DNA of 37,996 nucleotides from a virus, in IMG/VR virus record IMGVR_UViG_3300015204_000001; one strand, given 5' to 3'. Both the position numbers and the translations under genes were made by a program. The notes below the pieces were generated by a model, which saw only the letters and a program-made list of their open reading frames with translations, ran no database searches and was not told the DNA's origin. Positions 22,216-30,703 of this stretch are shown here, piece after piece. Numbering within the stretch: the first letter of the stretch is position 1; every line of letters begins with the position of its first letter.

Positions 22216-22527
22216 ATGAGTTCCAAAATCGAACAACCGATTTATGAGGCCTATAACAACGTATGCGGCAGCACGACTTTTCAGTTTTGCCGTTTTTCCG
22301 GGGTTTGGCACTGGCGTATCCCAGGTAGCCCCGGAAAAGCTGGAGGATGGATCAAGTGCGTCAGGACCCCGAGAAAACTAGATTTAACTCTATCAAAAGG
22401 CGAGGGAAAAAATGAAGAGATTTATCGTTACGACGACCAGCGGGGACAGTTTGGACGTTCACGCGTCCAGCGAAGACGAAGCGAAAAATTACGCAATGAT
22501 CTTCCTTCTTCAGACGGGGGTATTTGA
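22216..22527 (+). CDS. hypothetical protein (3' end uncertain)
   Basis: ATG 22216 follows GGAAAG. The last ~115 nt overlap a better-looking 50-aa ORF and translate to an Arg-rich tail. Confidence 0.35.
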   Translation: MSSKIEQPIYEAYNNVCGSTTFQFCRFSGVWHWRIPGSPGKAGGWIKCVRTPRKLDLTLSKGEGKNEEIYRYDDQRGQFGRSRVQRRRSEKLRNDLPSSDGGI

Positions 22528-22564
22528 TTTCCCCTCGAGTGCAAAAGAGGCGGCAAAGCAATGA
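22412..22564 (+). CDS. small hypothetical protein (50 aa, below the ORF-track cutoff)
   Basis: ATG 22412 follows GAGGGA. Its stop overlaps the next start (ATGA at 22561-22564). Sequence: MKRFIVTTTSGDSLDVHASSEDEAKNYAMIFLLQTGVFDFPSSAKEAAKQ. Confidence 0.45.
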   Translation: MKRFIVTTTSGDSLDVHASSEDEAKNYAMIFLLQTGVFDFPSSAKEAAKQ

Positions 22565-22749
22565 TGGTCATAAACGCTTTAATCTCGATCATTTACTATC
22601 TCGGACTGTTCGCCGTCTTGGCGTTCACCGCGATGTTTGGTTTTCTGGCGTTCGTGGACTGCTTTTCCGGCATGTACATTTATGCCGCGCTCGACCTTAT
22701 TATGTGCATCGTTCTGAGCGCAAGTCTCGTCTTTGGGCTGGATAGCTGA
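22561..22749 (+). CDS. small membrane protein (two hydrophobic helices)
   Basis: 62 aa and almost entirely hydrophobic (LISIIYYLGLFAVLAFTAMFGFLAFV; IYAALDLIMCIVLSASLVF). Confidence 0.55.
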   Translation: MMVINALISIIYYLGLFAVLAFTAMFGFLAFVDCFSGMYIYAALDLIMCIVLSASLVFGLDS

Positions 22750-22801
22750 GCAAAGACGTGCCACATTCGTTATGACGGCATACCCATGCCGATCACGGAG
22801 A

Positions 22802-22830
22802 CCCGCACCCTGCCCGGTGCGGGTTTTTTT
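22802..22830 (+). terminator. rho-independent terminator
   Basis: CCCGCACC-ctgccc-GGTGCGGG followed by T7. Confidence 0.85.
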
Positions 22831-22882
22831 ATGGCTTTTTGTATAAAAACGGTGTATATACCTCATTTAGGAGGTATTAACC

Positions 22883-23215
22883 ATGAATAACGCAACAAAA
22901 GAGTATGACACCAATATGATTGTGCGAGTAAAATCTGATTTCCTAAAAGAAATAGATGAATTTGCCAAGGAATACTCTCCGCCGCCGTCGCGGTCGGACG
23001 TTGTTAGACTTGCCGTTATGTGGTATATCCAAATAAAGCGGCATCGCAGAAAGACCGCTGGCCAGCAAGACCGCAATGAAAATCCGAAAGAGGGAGACAT
23101 TGTGAGTATAAATGGCGAGCGACTTGTTGTGCTTGGAGTAACAACGGCGGGTCATCCAAAGAGACACGCAGTAAGAAAAATGGGATTGCATCGGTTTATT
23201 GAGGATAGAGAATAG
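22883..23215 (+). CDS. ribbon-helix-helix (CopG/Arc-like) DNA-binding protein
   Basis: AGGAGG RBS. The N-terminus IVRVKSDFLKEIDEFAKEY..PPSRSDVVRLAVMWYI fits a beta-strand, helix, helix RHH pattern. Confidence 0.55.
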   Translation: MNNATKEYDTNMIVRVKSDFLKEIDEFAKEYSPPPSRSDVVRLAVMWYIQIKRHRRKTAGQQDRNENPKEGDIVSINGERLVVLGVTTAGHPKRHAVRKMGLHRFIEDRE

Positions 23216-23219
23216 ACGG

Positions 23220-23247
23220 TTGTGCTTTTTGTGTTATGATCTATAAT
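23220..23247 (+). promoter_or_regulatory. sigma70-like promoter (TTGTGC-N16-TATAAT)
   Basis: Consensus -10. Lies upstream of the 23275 gene. Confidence 0.5.
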
Positions 23248-23274
23248 ATTATGTAAGCTATGCGAGGATTTACA

Positions 23275-23532
23275 ATGGCGGGACCAGGAAACCCGAAGGG
23301 CGTGGGACGCAAAAAGGGTGTGCCAAATAAGCAGCACGCTGACGTGCGCCTTCTTGCGCTAGAGTTCGGACCGCGCGCAATCCAATGTCTCGCCGAGCTC
23401 ATGCTCAACAGCGCTGACGACAAGACTAAGGCAATGGCCGCCAATTCGTTGCTGGATCGGGCCTATGGCAAGGCAAAACAGCACGTAGACACTGAGCACC
23501 GGGGGCAAATCACGATCTCGTGGGAAAAGTGA
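23275..23532 (+). CDS. small DNA-binding protein, possible terminase small subunit
   Basis: The N-terminal GPGNPKGVGRKKGVPNK and C-terminal LLDRAYGKAKQ pattern is common in small phage packaging/DNA-binding proteins. ATG 23275 follows GAGGA. Function is tentative. Confidence 0.35.
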   Translation: MAGPGNPKGVGRKKGVPNKQHADVRLLALEFGPRAIQCLAELMLNSADDKTKAMAANSLLDRAYGKAKQHVDTEHRGQITISWEK

Positions 23533-23545
23533 CGGCCCGATAAAA

Positions 23546-23562
23546 TGTGCCGTTTCGGAACA
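23546..23562. promoter_or_regulatory. regulatory motif site E (TGTGCCGTTTCGGAACA)
   Basis: Lies 8 nt upstream of TTGACG. Confidence 0.6.
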
Positions 23563-23570
23563 TTTTTGTG

Positions 23571-23598
23571 TTGACGGTATCTATTTTTTTGGTATGGT
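23571..23598 (+). promoter_or_regulatory. sigma70-like promoter (TTGACG-N16-TATGGT) ahead of the packaging/head genes
   Basis: The spacing and hexamers were read directly from the sequence. Confidence 0.5.
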
Positions 23599-23630
23599 TT
23601 CCTTGCACACAAACAAAACTAGGGAATCAC

Positions 23631-23951
23631 ATGACCATGAATACCGTCGAGACGTTCTTAGATTATGCTGCGGTCATCTACGCGCTGTGGTTCTGTTTGT
23701 CTGGGATGCGGGAGATGATCGCTAATATGCAAAAAGATAACTCTATTGCGGCCGCAATTTGGATACGGCAATCTTATGACTGGAAGTGGATCGTGAAGCT
23801 GGCGCGCATTAGGGCCGTGCTGGCGGGACGCAAGACTATAAGAATCCCAGTGCGCGCGCCGGCGGCTATCGGCTGGCGTCGACCACGGCTGTACGGGCTA
23901 TCAGGGGTGAGCCGTCAACATCGTGCGTGCGATAATTGGGCACATTACTAG
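23631..23951 (+). CDS. hypothetical membrane protein
   Basis: ATG 23631. One hydrophobic helix, AAVIYALWFCLSGM, and a basic C-terminus. Confidence 0.45.
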   Translation: MTMNTVETFLDYAAVIYALWFCLSGMREMIANMQKDNSIAAAIWIRQSYDWKWIVKLARIRAVLAGRKTIRIPVRAPAAIGWRRPRLYGLSGVSRQHRACDNWAHY

Positions 23952-24168
23952 CAGGAATGCCGAAATAGTGCTGGCAAGACTTCCATTTTTTAGCTCCCGA
24001 CCTTCAGCAACTTTAAGAGCCAGAACGTCAACGGAAATTCCGCCGCAAGGGATGTTTTAGTCCCGTCAACATTAACGAACCGCGCGATTGGGCGAAGCTG
24101 TTCAAGTCTCAATCCGCAAGTCTTGCATGAAGTAGGTTCATTATCCATCCTGAAAATGTATCATTTTT

Positions 24169-25560
24169 ATGAACGTCGATCAAGCGGAAAAAGGCGATGA
24201 AATCGTGCCGGATGTTGTCATACCTTACAAGCCAAGAGCCGCTTTTGTGGATTATCACAGTAACGGTAAGCGATATTCTGTGTCTGTATGCCACCGCCGC
24301 GCTGGAAAATCTGTTGCTCGAATAAATCGCATAATAAAAGACGCGATTTTATGCACAAAGACTGACCCAAAGTTCGCTTATGTCAATCCTCAGCTTGCGC
24401 AAGCCAAGGATACGGTCTGGGGATACTTTAAATATTACACCTCTTCATTCCGTGATCTTGGCGAAGACTGCATAAAGACCAATGAGCAAGATTTAACACT
24501 TCGCTTTTTCCACAACAACGCGATTATCAGGCTATACGGGGCCGAAAACGCCGAACGCATGCGCGGCAATTATTTTGACGGCATCGTCGTCGACGAAGCC
24601 CAGGGCATGGCAAAAGCTATCCTCACTCAGATTATCCGCCCCGCCTTGTCAGACCGGAAGGGGTGGCTCGACGTGTCCGGCACGCCGAAGGGCTGGGCAA
24701 ACCTTCTGGGCGAGCTGGTAAAGGTCGCTCAGGCGCGCCCGGAGACGTGGTTCCTGCAGGTCCTCAAGGCGTCGGAAAGCGGCATCCTCGACGCTGGCGA
24801 GCTCGATGAAATGCGCGATTTCATGTCCGAAAACGAGTATTTGCAGGAGTTCGAATGCTCGTTCGACGCGGCAATCACGGGCGCGGTGTATGGACGCCAG
24901 GTGGCGGCTGCGGAGACTGGCCAGCGCATCGTTGCGGGGCTGCCTATCGAGGCCGCGTCCGACGTATGCACGTCATGGGACCTTGGATACGACGACGCCA
25001 CGGCGATATGGTTTTGGCAGATTACCGGACCGCGTGAAATCAGGGTGATAGATTATTACGAAGCTAGCGGGCAAGACATCGCGCATTACTGCGATGTCAT
25101 CAAGTCCAAGCCTTACCGGTATGGCAAGCACTACGTGCCCCACGATGCCGCGAACAAGGTCTTGGCCGCTGGCGGCCGATCGATCGTGCAGCAAGCACAC
25201 GCCCTTGGAGTGACGATGTACGTCGTTGCCGCGACATCGCAGCAAAACGGTATCGAGGCACTGCGCAAGACGCTGGAGTATTGTTGGTTCGATAAGGAGT
25301 TCTGTTCGCGGGGACTTGATGCATTGAGGCAGTATCAATTTGAGTTTGACACAAAAACCAAGATTTACAAAAGTACACCACGGCACGATTGGTCGTCTCA
25401 CGCGGCGGACGCGCTCGAAATACTAGGTCAAGTCTGGCAAAAGCCCCGTATAGACGAAAAGAAATCACGATCACGCTTCTTTAACGACATGACGGCAGAA
25501 GAATTGTTTGACCTTGAAAATAAATACGGCTACGGTATCTCAAAATCGGAGCGCATATAA
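24169..25560 (+). CDS. terL: terminase large subunit
   Basis: Walker A is CHRRAGKS and Walker B is GIVVDEAQ. The nuclease region carries WDLGYDDATAIWFWQ. Confidence 0.9.
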   Translation: MNVDQAEKGDEIVPDVVIPYKPRAAFVDYHSNGKRYSVSVCHRRAGKSVARINRIIKDAILCTKTDPKFAYVNPQLAQAKDTVWGYFKYYTSSFRDLGEDCIKTNEQDLTLRFFHNNAIIRLYGAENAERMRGNYFDGIVVDEAQGMAKAILTQIIRPALSDRKGWLDVSGTPKGWANLLGELVKVAQARPETWFLQVLKASESGILDAGELDEMRDFMSENEYLQEFECSFDAAITGAVYGRQVAAAETGQRIVAGLPIEAASDVCTSWDLGYDDATAIWFWQITGPREIRVIDYYEASGQDIAHYCDVIKSKPYRYGKHYVPHDAANKVLAAGGRSIVQQAHALGVTMYVVAATSQQNGIEALRKTLEYCWFDKEFCSRGLDALRQYQFEFDTKTKIYKSTPRHDWSSHAADALEILGQVWQKPRIDEKKSRSRFFNDMTAEELFDLENKYGYGISKSERI

Positions 25561-25847
25561 TGGCTTACATTGGTTCCAACGCTGGTTATACTTATAAGGC
25601 AATATCGAATATTGGAAATAACGTGGTAAAGGCCACGGACGGTGTTCTCGCTGGATTTTTCGTTACTTCGGGAACTGGCGTCACCCTCACGATTTACGAC
25701 GATCCGGTCGGGCAGACCGGGGCCGTTATCCTAGCGTTATTTGCCGCGCCCGCGAATGGCTGGTATCCAATACCGGCGGCATTTGCCACGGGCTGCAATA
25801 TTGTGCTTGGCGGTACGACCCCCAAAGTCACGGCGCTTTACCAGTGA
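25560..25847 (+). CDS. hypothetical protein
   Basis: 95-aa ORF translationally coupled on both sides (TAATG and GTGA overlaps). Confidence 0.5.
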   Translation: MAYIGSNAGYTYKAISNIGNNVVKATDGVLAGFFVTSGTGVTLTIYDDPVGQTGAVILALFAAPANGWYPIPAAFATGCNIVLGGTTPKVTALYQ

Positions 25848-28303
25848 GCGGCGCGTTCGACGAAGACGGCTCCGAAGGCGCGGCGATAGCCTCGACGAAC
25901 GGTGGCATCGAAAGCTATCTGGAAGAAATCAACATTTACGAACGCGAGGCGTCGAGCTGGGAGAAGAAGGCCCGAAAGATTTTGGCGCGCTATAAGAATG
26001 AGCGCGCAATTGGCGACGAAAAGCGCCGTTTCAACATTTTGTGGTCGAACGTGCAGACGCTATTGCCCGCGCTTTATGGGCGCGATCCAAAGGCGAGCGT
26101 GACGCGGCGCTTTCAGGATGGCGGCGATACGGCGCGGCTTGCTGGCCAGGCGTTGGAAAAGTGTTGCGATTTTTTCATCGGGGACTCCGAATTTGGCGAT
26201 GTCGTTCGGGACGCAGTGCGGGATGACGCGATCGTGGGGCGTGGCGTCATGTGGATGCGGTACGTGCCGCATATGCGCGATGTAAGCCCTTGCGACGGCG
26301 TTGAAATTACGGATACCGTAAATAACGATGAAGATGCCGAGCCTGAACAGGAAGTCTATTTCGAAGAGGTTATACCGGATCACGTGACGTTCGATGATTT
26401 CGGGCACAACATTTGCAAGAAATGGTCTGAAGTCTACTTGGTTTGGCGATGCGTCTACCTGGACAAGACTGAGCTTAAAGAGCGTTTTCCTGATAAGTGG
26501 AAAGACGTTCCTATGGATTACAAGCAAAAAAAGCTGAATGACTCTGGCATTGCCGGGTCGCGTTCCATGGCCACGATTTATGAGTTGTGGGACAAGCGCG
26601 CGAAGGTCGCGGTATGGCTACACAAGGATTTGCCTGAGGCGCTTGATCGCCGGGACGACCCGCTAAAGCTATCGAATTTCTTCCCGTGCCCGATGCCTTT
26701 GTTTTCGAATTTGGCGGGAGACAGTCTTATCCCGACGCCCGATTACGTGCAATATCAGGACCAGGCGATCCAACTCGATGAGCTTACGGCGCGCATCGCG
26801 AGCGTCACGAAATCGCTCAAAGTCGCCGGGGTTTACGACTCCAGCGCACCCGCCCTTGACCGGCTTTTATCCGAGGGTGTCGATAACAAGCTTATTCCGG
26901 TCGATCAATGGGCGGTCTTCGGTGAGAAGGGCGGCCTCAAGGGGGCGGTGGACTTCATGCCCCTGGAGTCGATTGTGGCGTCTCTCAAGGGGATGTACGA
27001 GGCCCGCGACAAGGTAAAGCAGGACCTCTACGAAGTCACGGGTATGTCGGACATCATTCGTGGCGCGTCCAATCCCGATGAGACCGCGACGGCACAAAGA
27101 ATAAAGGGTGCCTTTGCTAGCCATAGGCTAGATGACCGTCAAAGGAAGGTCCAGCGGTTCGCTCGCGACGCCGTAAGGATCATGGGCGAGGTTATCGCCA
27201 ACCAATTTTCGATAACCTGCATCAAAACGATCAGCGGAATGCAGCTCTTCCTTAACGAGCAAAATAAGGCAATCGCTCAGCAAAATAAGGCAGCGTCTCA
27301 GGCGCAAGCCGGACAAACGCAAGCAAATCCTAATCTCGCCCAAATGAATGTGGCGAATAATGGCGGAAGTAAGGACCTCGCCCAAATGAATGTGGCATCG
27401 CCCCACTTGGGTCAAGTGGGGCACCATTCGGGTCAAGTGGCGCAAACCCCCGCCCAAATGGGATATCACTTGGGTCAAGTGCCCGAAGAGATGGACGAAG
27501 ACCATATCGACGACGCGCTGGAGTCTCCCACATGGGAAGAGGTCGAGAAGCTGTTGCGCGATGAGCCTGCACGACGTTTTCGGCTGGGTATCGAGACCAA
27601 CAGCACGATCAAAATGGACGAAGAAACTGAAAAGGTAAGTAGAAACGAATTTTTGCAGGCGTTCTCGGGCTACCTGAAACAAGCCATGGAGGCTGGCCAG
27701 CAAAACCCTGACATGGTGCCGATGCTCGCTCGCATGCTCATGTTCGTGGTTCGCGCTTATCCTATCGGCAAGGATTTAGAAGAGTGCATAGAAGCGTTCG
27801 TCTCCAAGATGGAAAAGGCGGCGGCAAATCCACAGCCAAAACCGCCAAGCCCGGAACAGCAAAAGGCTCAGGCCGATATGCAGATGCATCAGGCCGAGAC
27901 GCAGGCCAAAATACAGATTGAACAAGCCAAGGCGCAAGCTCAGTCTCAGGCCGATCAGGCGCGCGCCCAGGCCGACATTCAGGTGCAACAGCACAAGATG
28001 CAGCAAGACATGGAAATGGAGCGGATGCGCATCCAGGCCGATATGCAGCTGGAGCAATTCAAGCAAAATGCTCAGGAACGGCAGATTGAACAGCAAAACG
28101 CGGTAGAGACAAGTGCCGATAAAATGACGGCGATGCTCAAGGCTCATTTTGAGCAAACCGCGCAAAATGCTGAGGCACAGACGCGCATCATGATTGAGCA
28201 CATCAAGGGCGCGGTCGCCATAGAGGTAGCGCGCGTTCAGGCTAAAAATCAAACGGACGACGGCAAAGAGCCATACGCATTCGAACGATCGAAGGAGGCA
28301 TGA
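25844..28303 (+). CDS. portal protein with repeat insertion and Gln-rich C-terminal coiled coil
   Basis: Carries FNILWSNVQTLLPALYGRDPKASVTRRF, a portal-type motif. It lies after terL and is 819 aa. Confidence 0.75.
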   Translation: MSGAFDEDGSEGAAIASTNGGIESYLEEINIYEREASSWEKKARKILARYKNERAIGDEKRRFNILWSNVQTLLPALYGRDPKASVTRRFQDGGDTARLAGQALEKCCDFFIGDSEFGDVVRDAVRDDAIVGRGVMWMRYVPHMRDVSPCDGVEITDTVNNDEDAEPEQEVYFEEVIPDHVTFDDFGHNICKKWSEVYLVWRCVYLDKTELKERFPDKWKDVPMDYKQKKLNDSGIAGSRSMATIYELWDKRAKVAVWLHKDLPEALDRRDDPLKLSNFFPCPMPLFSNLAGDSLIPTPDYVQYQDQAIQLDELTARIASVTKSLKVAGVYDSSAPALDRLLSEGVDNKLIPVDQWAVFGEKGGLKGAVDFMPLESIVASLKGMYEARDKVKQDLYEVTGMSDIIRGASNPDETATAQRIKGAFASHRLDDRQRKVQRFARDAVRIMGEVIANQFSITCIKTISGMQLFLNEQNKAIAQQNKAASQAQAGQTQANPNLAQMNVANNGGSKDLAQMNVASPHLGQVGHHSGQVAQTPAQMGYHLGQVPEEMDEDHIDDALESPTWEEVEKLLRDEPARRFRLGIETNSTIKMDEETEKVSRNEFLQAFSGYLKQAMEAGQQNPDMVPMLARMLMFVVRAYPIGKDLEECIEAFVSKMEKAAANPQPKPPSPEQQKAQADMQMHQAETQAKIQIEQAKAQAQSQADQARAQADIQVQQHKMQQDMEMERMRIQADMQLEQFKQNAQERQIEQQNAVETSADKMTAMLKAHFEQTAQNAEAQTRIMIEHIKGAVAIEVARVQAKNQTDDGKEPYAFERSKEA

Positions 28304-28656
28304 TGCCAAATTATACTGTTGCATGCGATAAGTGCGCAAAAACACAAGTGATATTCCGGCACGTTGCCGACCATGGAGCCTGGCCATGGTGTTGCCGTAA
28401 GAAAACACGGCAAATCCTTTGTTCCTCGCATCAAATTATTAAAGACATCGATCCCTACCGTGCCGTAGCGACAGACGTTGCCACGGGAAAGCGCCCGTTG
28501 ATTGGGGGAAGGGCGTCGCATAGGGAATACCTGAGGCGTAACGGGTACGTCGAGGTTGGGAATGACAAAATCAGACCAAGGGGGCAATATTATCAAATGG
28601 AAAGCCCAAAAGCCGAAATCGTGAAAAACTTTAAAAAAGTAACCGGGGCGCTATGA
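28300..28656 (+). CDS. hypothetical Cys-rich protein
   Basis: 118-aa ORF with CDKC...CC and coupled starts and stops. Confidence 0.5.
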   Translation: MMPNYTVACDKCAKTQVIFRHVADHGAWPWCCRKKTRQILCSSHQIIKDIDPYRAVATDVATGKRPLIGGRASHREYLRRNGYVEVGNDKIRPRGQYYQMESPKAEIVKNFKKVTGAL

Positions 28657-29663
28657 CCGAAGAAGAGAACGTTGAAAAAGAATTGCCTGTAGTCGCCGAA
28701 GCGTTGGCGGAAGCGGTTGCTTCGGAGCCAGTCGAAAAGGCCGTTCCGAAAACGTTGCGGGAAGAAATCCAGGAAAACGTCCGCGCCGCGCGCAATCGGG
28801 GAGAAGAAGGAAAAACCAAGGGGCGCGACGACTTGCGCCGTGACGATACCCTTGTCGCACCCGCTGAAAAGGCCGCGTCAAAGCTTGTTGCGCCGGTTTC
28901 GTGGGATGACAAGTCCAAGGCAGATTTTGCCTCAATGCCGTTGCATGTACAGACTGCCATAGCAAAACGCGAAGCAGAAATGGCAAAAGGCCTAACAAGG
29001 CAAGATGAGGATCGTGTATTCGGAAAGCAAATCAAAGAATTGGTTACCCCGTTTTCCGAAATGATTAAGTCAGAAGGGTCAAGCGTACAGCAAGCGTTCG
29101 GTTCTTTTCTTAATACGGCAAAAATATTGAGGACTGGAACAGAAGAAGAGAAATCTTCTGTTGTAAAAGACTTGATTAAACGCTATAACGTAAGAATAGA
29201 CGTGACCCAAGCTCCAAGTAATACCGGTTTTCACCAAAACGACGGTATGACACGCGAGCAAGTCGCGCAAATTGTGAAGCAAGAGCAAGAGCAATCGCGA
29301 TTATTGTCTGAGGTCGATGCTTTCAGAAGCGATCCGGCGAACGAACACTTTGACGTTGTACGCGGTCACATGGTCGCGTTACTGAACGGTGGACTCGCGG
29401 ATACTTTAAAAAGCGCATACGATCAAGCGGTTTACGCGAACCCACAGACACGCTCCAGCCTGCTAGCCAGACAAGACACGTCGGCTCAGGACAAGCAAAA
29501 AATAGATATGTCAAAGAAAGTCGCGGCAGCCAAGGCGGCAAGCGGGTCCGTCATCGGATCGAACAACGGCTTGGGCGCGTCATCGAAGGCGAAGGGGCCT
29601 GAAATGTCGTTGCGCGATGAAATTCGAGCAAATTTGGAGGCCGCTAGAAACGGTCGCATTTAA
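28653..29663 (+). CDS. scaffolding protein (putative)
   Basis: Acidic, helical, low-complexity 336-aa protein between the portal and capsid genes. Confidence 0.55.
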   Translation: MTEEENVEKELPVVAEALAEAVASEPVEKAVPKTLREEIQENVRAARNRGEEGKTKGRDDLRRDDTLVAPAEKAASKLVAPVSWDDKSKADFASMPLHVQTAIAKREAEMAKGLTRQDEDRVFGKQIKELVTPFSEMIKSEGSSVQQAFGSFLNTAKILRTGTEEEKSSVVKDLIKRYNVRIDVTQAPSNTGFHQNDGMTREQVAQIVKQEQEQSRLLSEVDAFRSDPANEHFDVVRGHMVALLNGGLADTLKSAYDQAVYANPQTRSSLLARQDTSAQDKQKIDMSKKVAAAKAASGSVIGSNNGLGASSKAKGPEMSLRDEIRANLEAARNGRI

Positions 29664-29695
29664 CACGGGGCCGAGGCCCCTGATAAGGGGTTTTT

Positions 29696-30676
29696 ATGGC
29701 TTTGGTCAATCCATCAACGACGTTGACGGAAATTGTCACCACCACCTTGCGCAATCGGACTGGCAAGCTGGCGGACAACTTCACGATCAACCATGCCATG
29801 CTCAATCGCCTTCGCAAGAAGGGCAAGGTCAAGCCGGTTTCGGGCGGGCGAACTATCGTCCAGGAACTCGAGTATCAACAGAACGGGACCTACAAGCGCT
29901 ATAGCGGCTATGAACAGCTGAATATTTCGCCGTCCGACGTGTTTACCGGGGCGGAATACAACTACGCCCAGGGCGCGGTAGCGATTTCGATTTCCGGCTT
30001 GGAACAGCTGCAAAACGCCGGTGAAGAGGCGATCATCGATCTTCTCGAAAGCCGTATCGTCAACGGCGAAAAGACGCTTGTCAACAACGTTGCGCTCGAT
30101 TGCTATTCCGATGGCACGGCGGACGGTGGGCGTCAAATCGGCGGTCTTAACCTTCTGGTCGCGGGCTCCGCTGGCAATACCGTTGGCGGCATCAACTCCG
30201 GCACCAACCCATTCTGGCAGAACGTCATTTTTTCGGCGTCTACCAACGGCGGCTCGCCAGCGACGACCGCGAATATCGGCTCGTACATGAACCGTTTGTG
30301 GGTCCAGATGGTGCGCGGAACGGATCGTCCAGACCTTATCATAGCGGATAACAACTATTTCCGCCTGTACCTGGAAAGTTTGCAGGCTATCCAGCGGATC
30401 GAGTCCAATGAAATGGCTGAACTTGGATTTACCTCGCTGAAATACATGAACAGCGACGTTGTTCTCGACGGCGGTTTCGGTGGCGGTATGCCCACGAACA
30501 CGATGTATTTCTTGAACACCGATTACATCTTCTTCCGCCCTCATAGCGAACGAAACTTCTCCCCGATCGGCGATGACCGCATGGCCGTCAACCAGGACGC
30601 CATGGTCAAGCTGATCGGCTTCGCCGGGAACATGACTGTATCCAATCGCCGCCTCCAAGCCGTGCTAACGGCCTAA
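29696..30676 (+). CDS. major capsid protein
   Basis: 326 aa, positioned after the scaffold gene. The N-terminal TTTLRNRTGKLADNFT..HAMLNRL pattern is seen in podovirus-type capsid proteins. The decoration gene downstream of it is followed by a strong terminator. Confidence 0.7.
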   Translation: MALVNPSTTLTEIVTTTLRNRTGKLADNFTINHAMLNRLRKKGKVKPVSGGRTIVQELEYQQNGTYKRYSGYEQLNISPSDVFTGAEYNYAQGAVAISISGLEQLQNAGEEAIIDLLESRIVNGEKTLVNNVALDCYSDGTADGGRQIGGLNLLVAGSAGNTVGGINSGTNPFWQNVIFSASTNGGSPATTANIGSYMNRLWVQMVRGTDRPDLIIADNNYFRLYLESLQAIQRIESNEMAELGFTSLKYMNSDVVLDGGFGGGMPTNTMYFLNTDYIFFRPHSERNFSPIGDDRMAVNQDAMVKLIGFAGNMTVSNRRLQAVLTA

Positions 30677-30703
30677 CCCTCAAAAAGAAGAAAGGCTAAA
30701 GCA

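Noticed and set aside
23952-24168. The 217-nt non-coding gap upstream of terL as a pac site or ncRNA
   Set aside because: It holds only short features (palindrome GCAAGTCTTGC, CGTCAAC x2, GGAAATTCC) and nothing strong enough to call. It is noted as unexplained.
29714-30658. 314-aa minus-strand ORF opposite the major capsid gene
   Set aside because: It is an antisense shadow ORF. The plus-strand product has capsid-like sequence and context.
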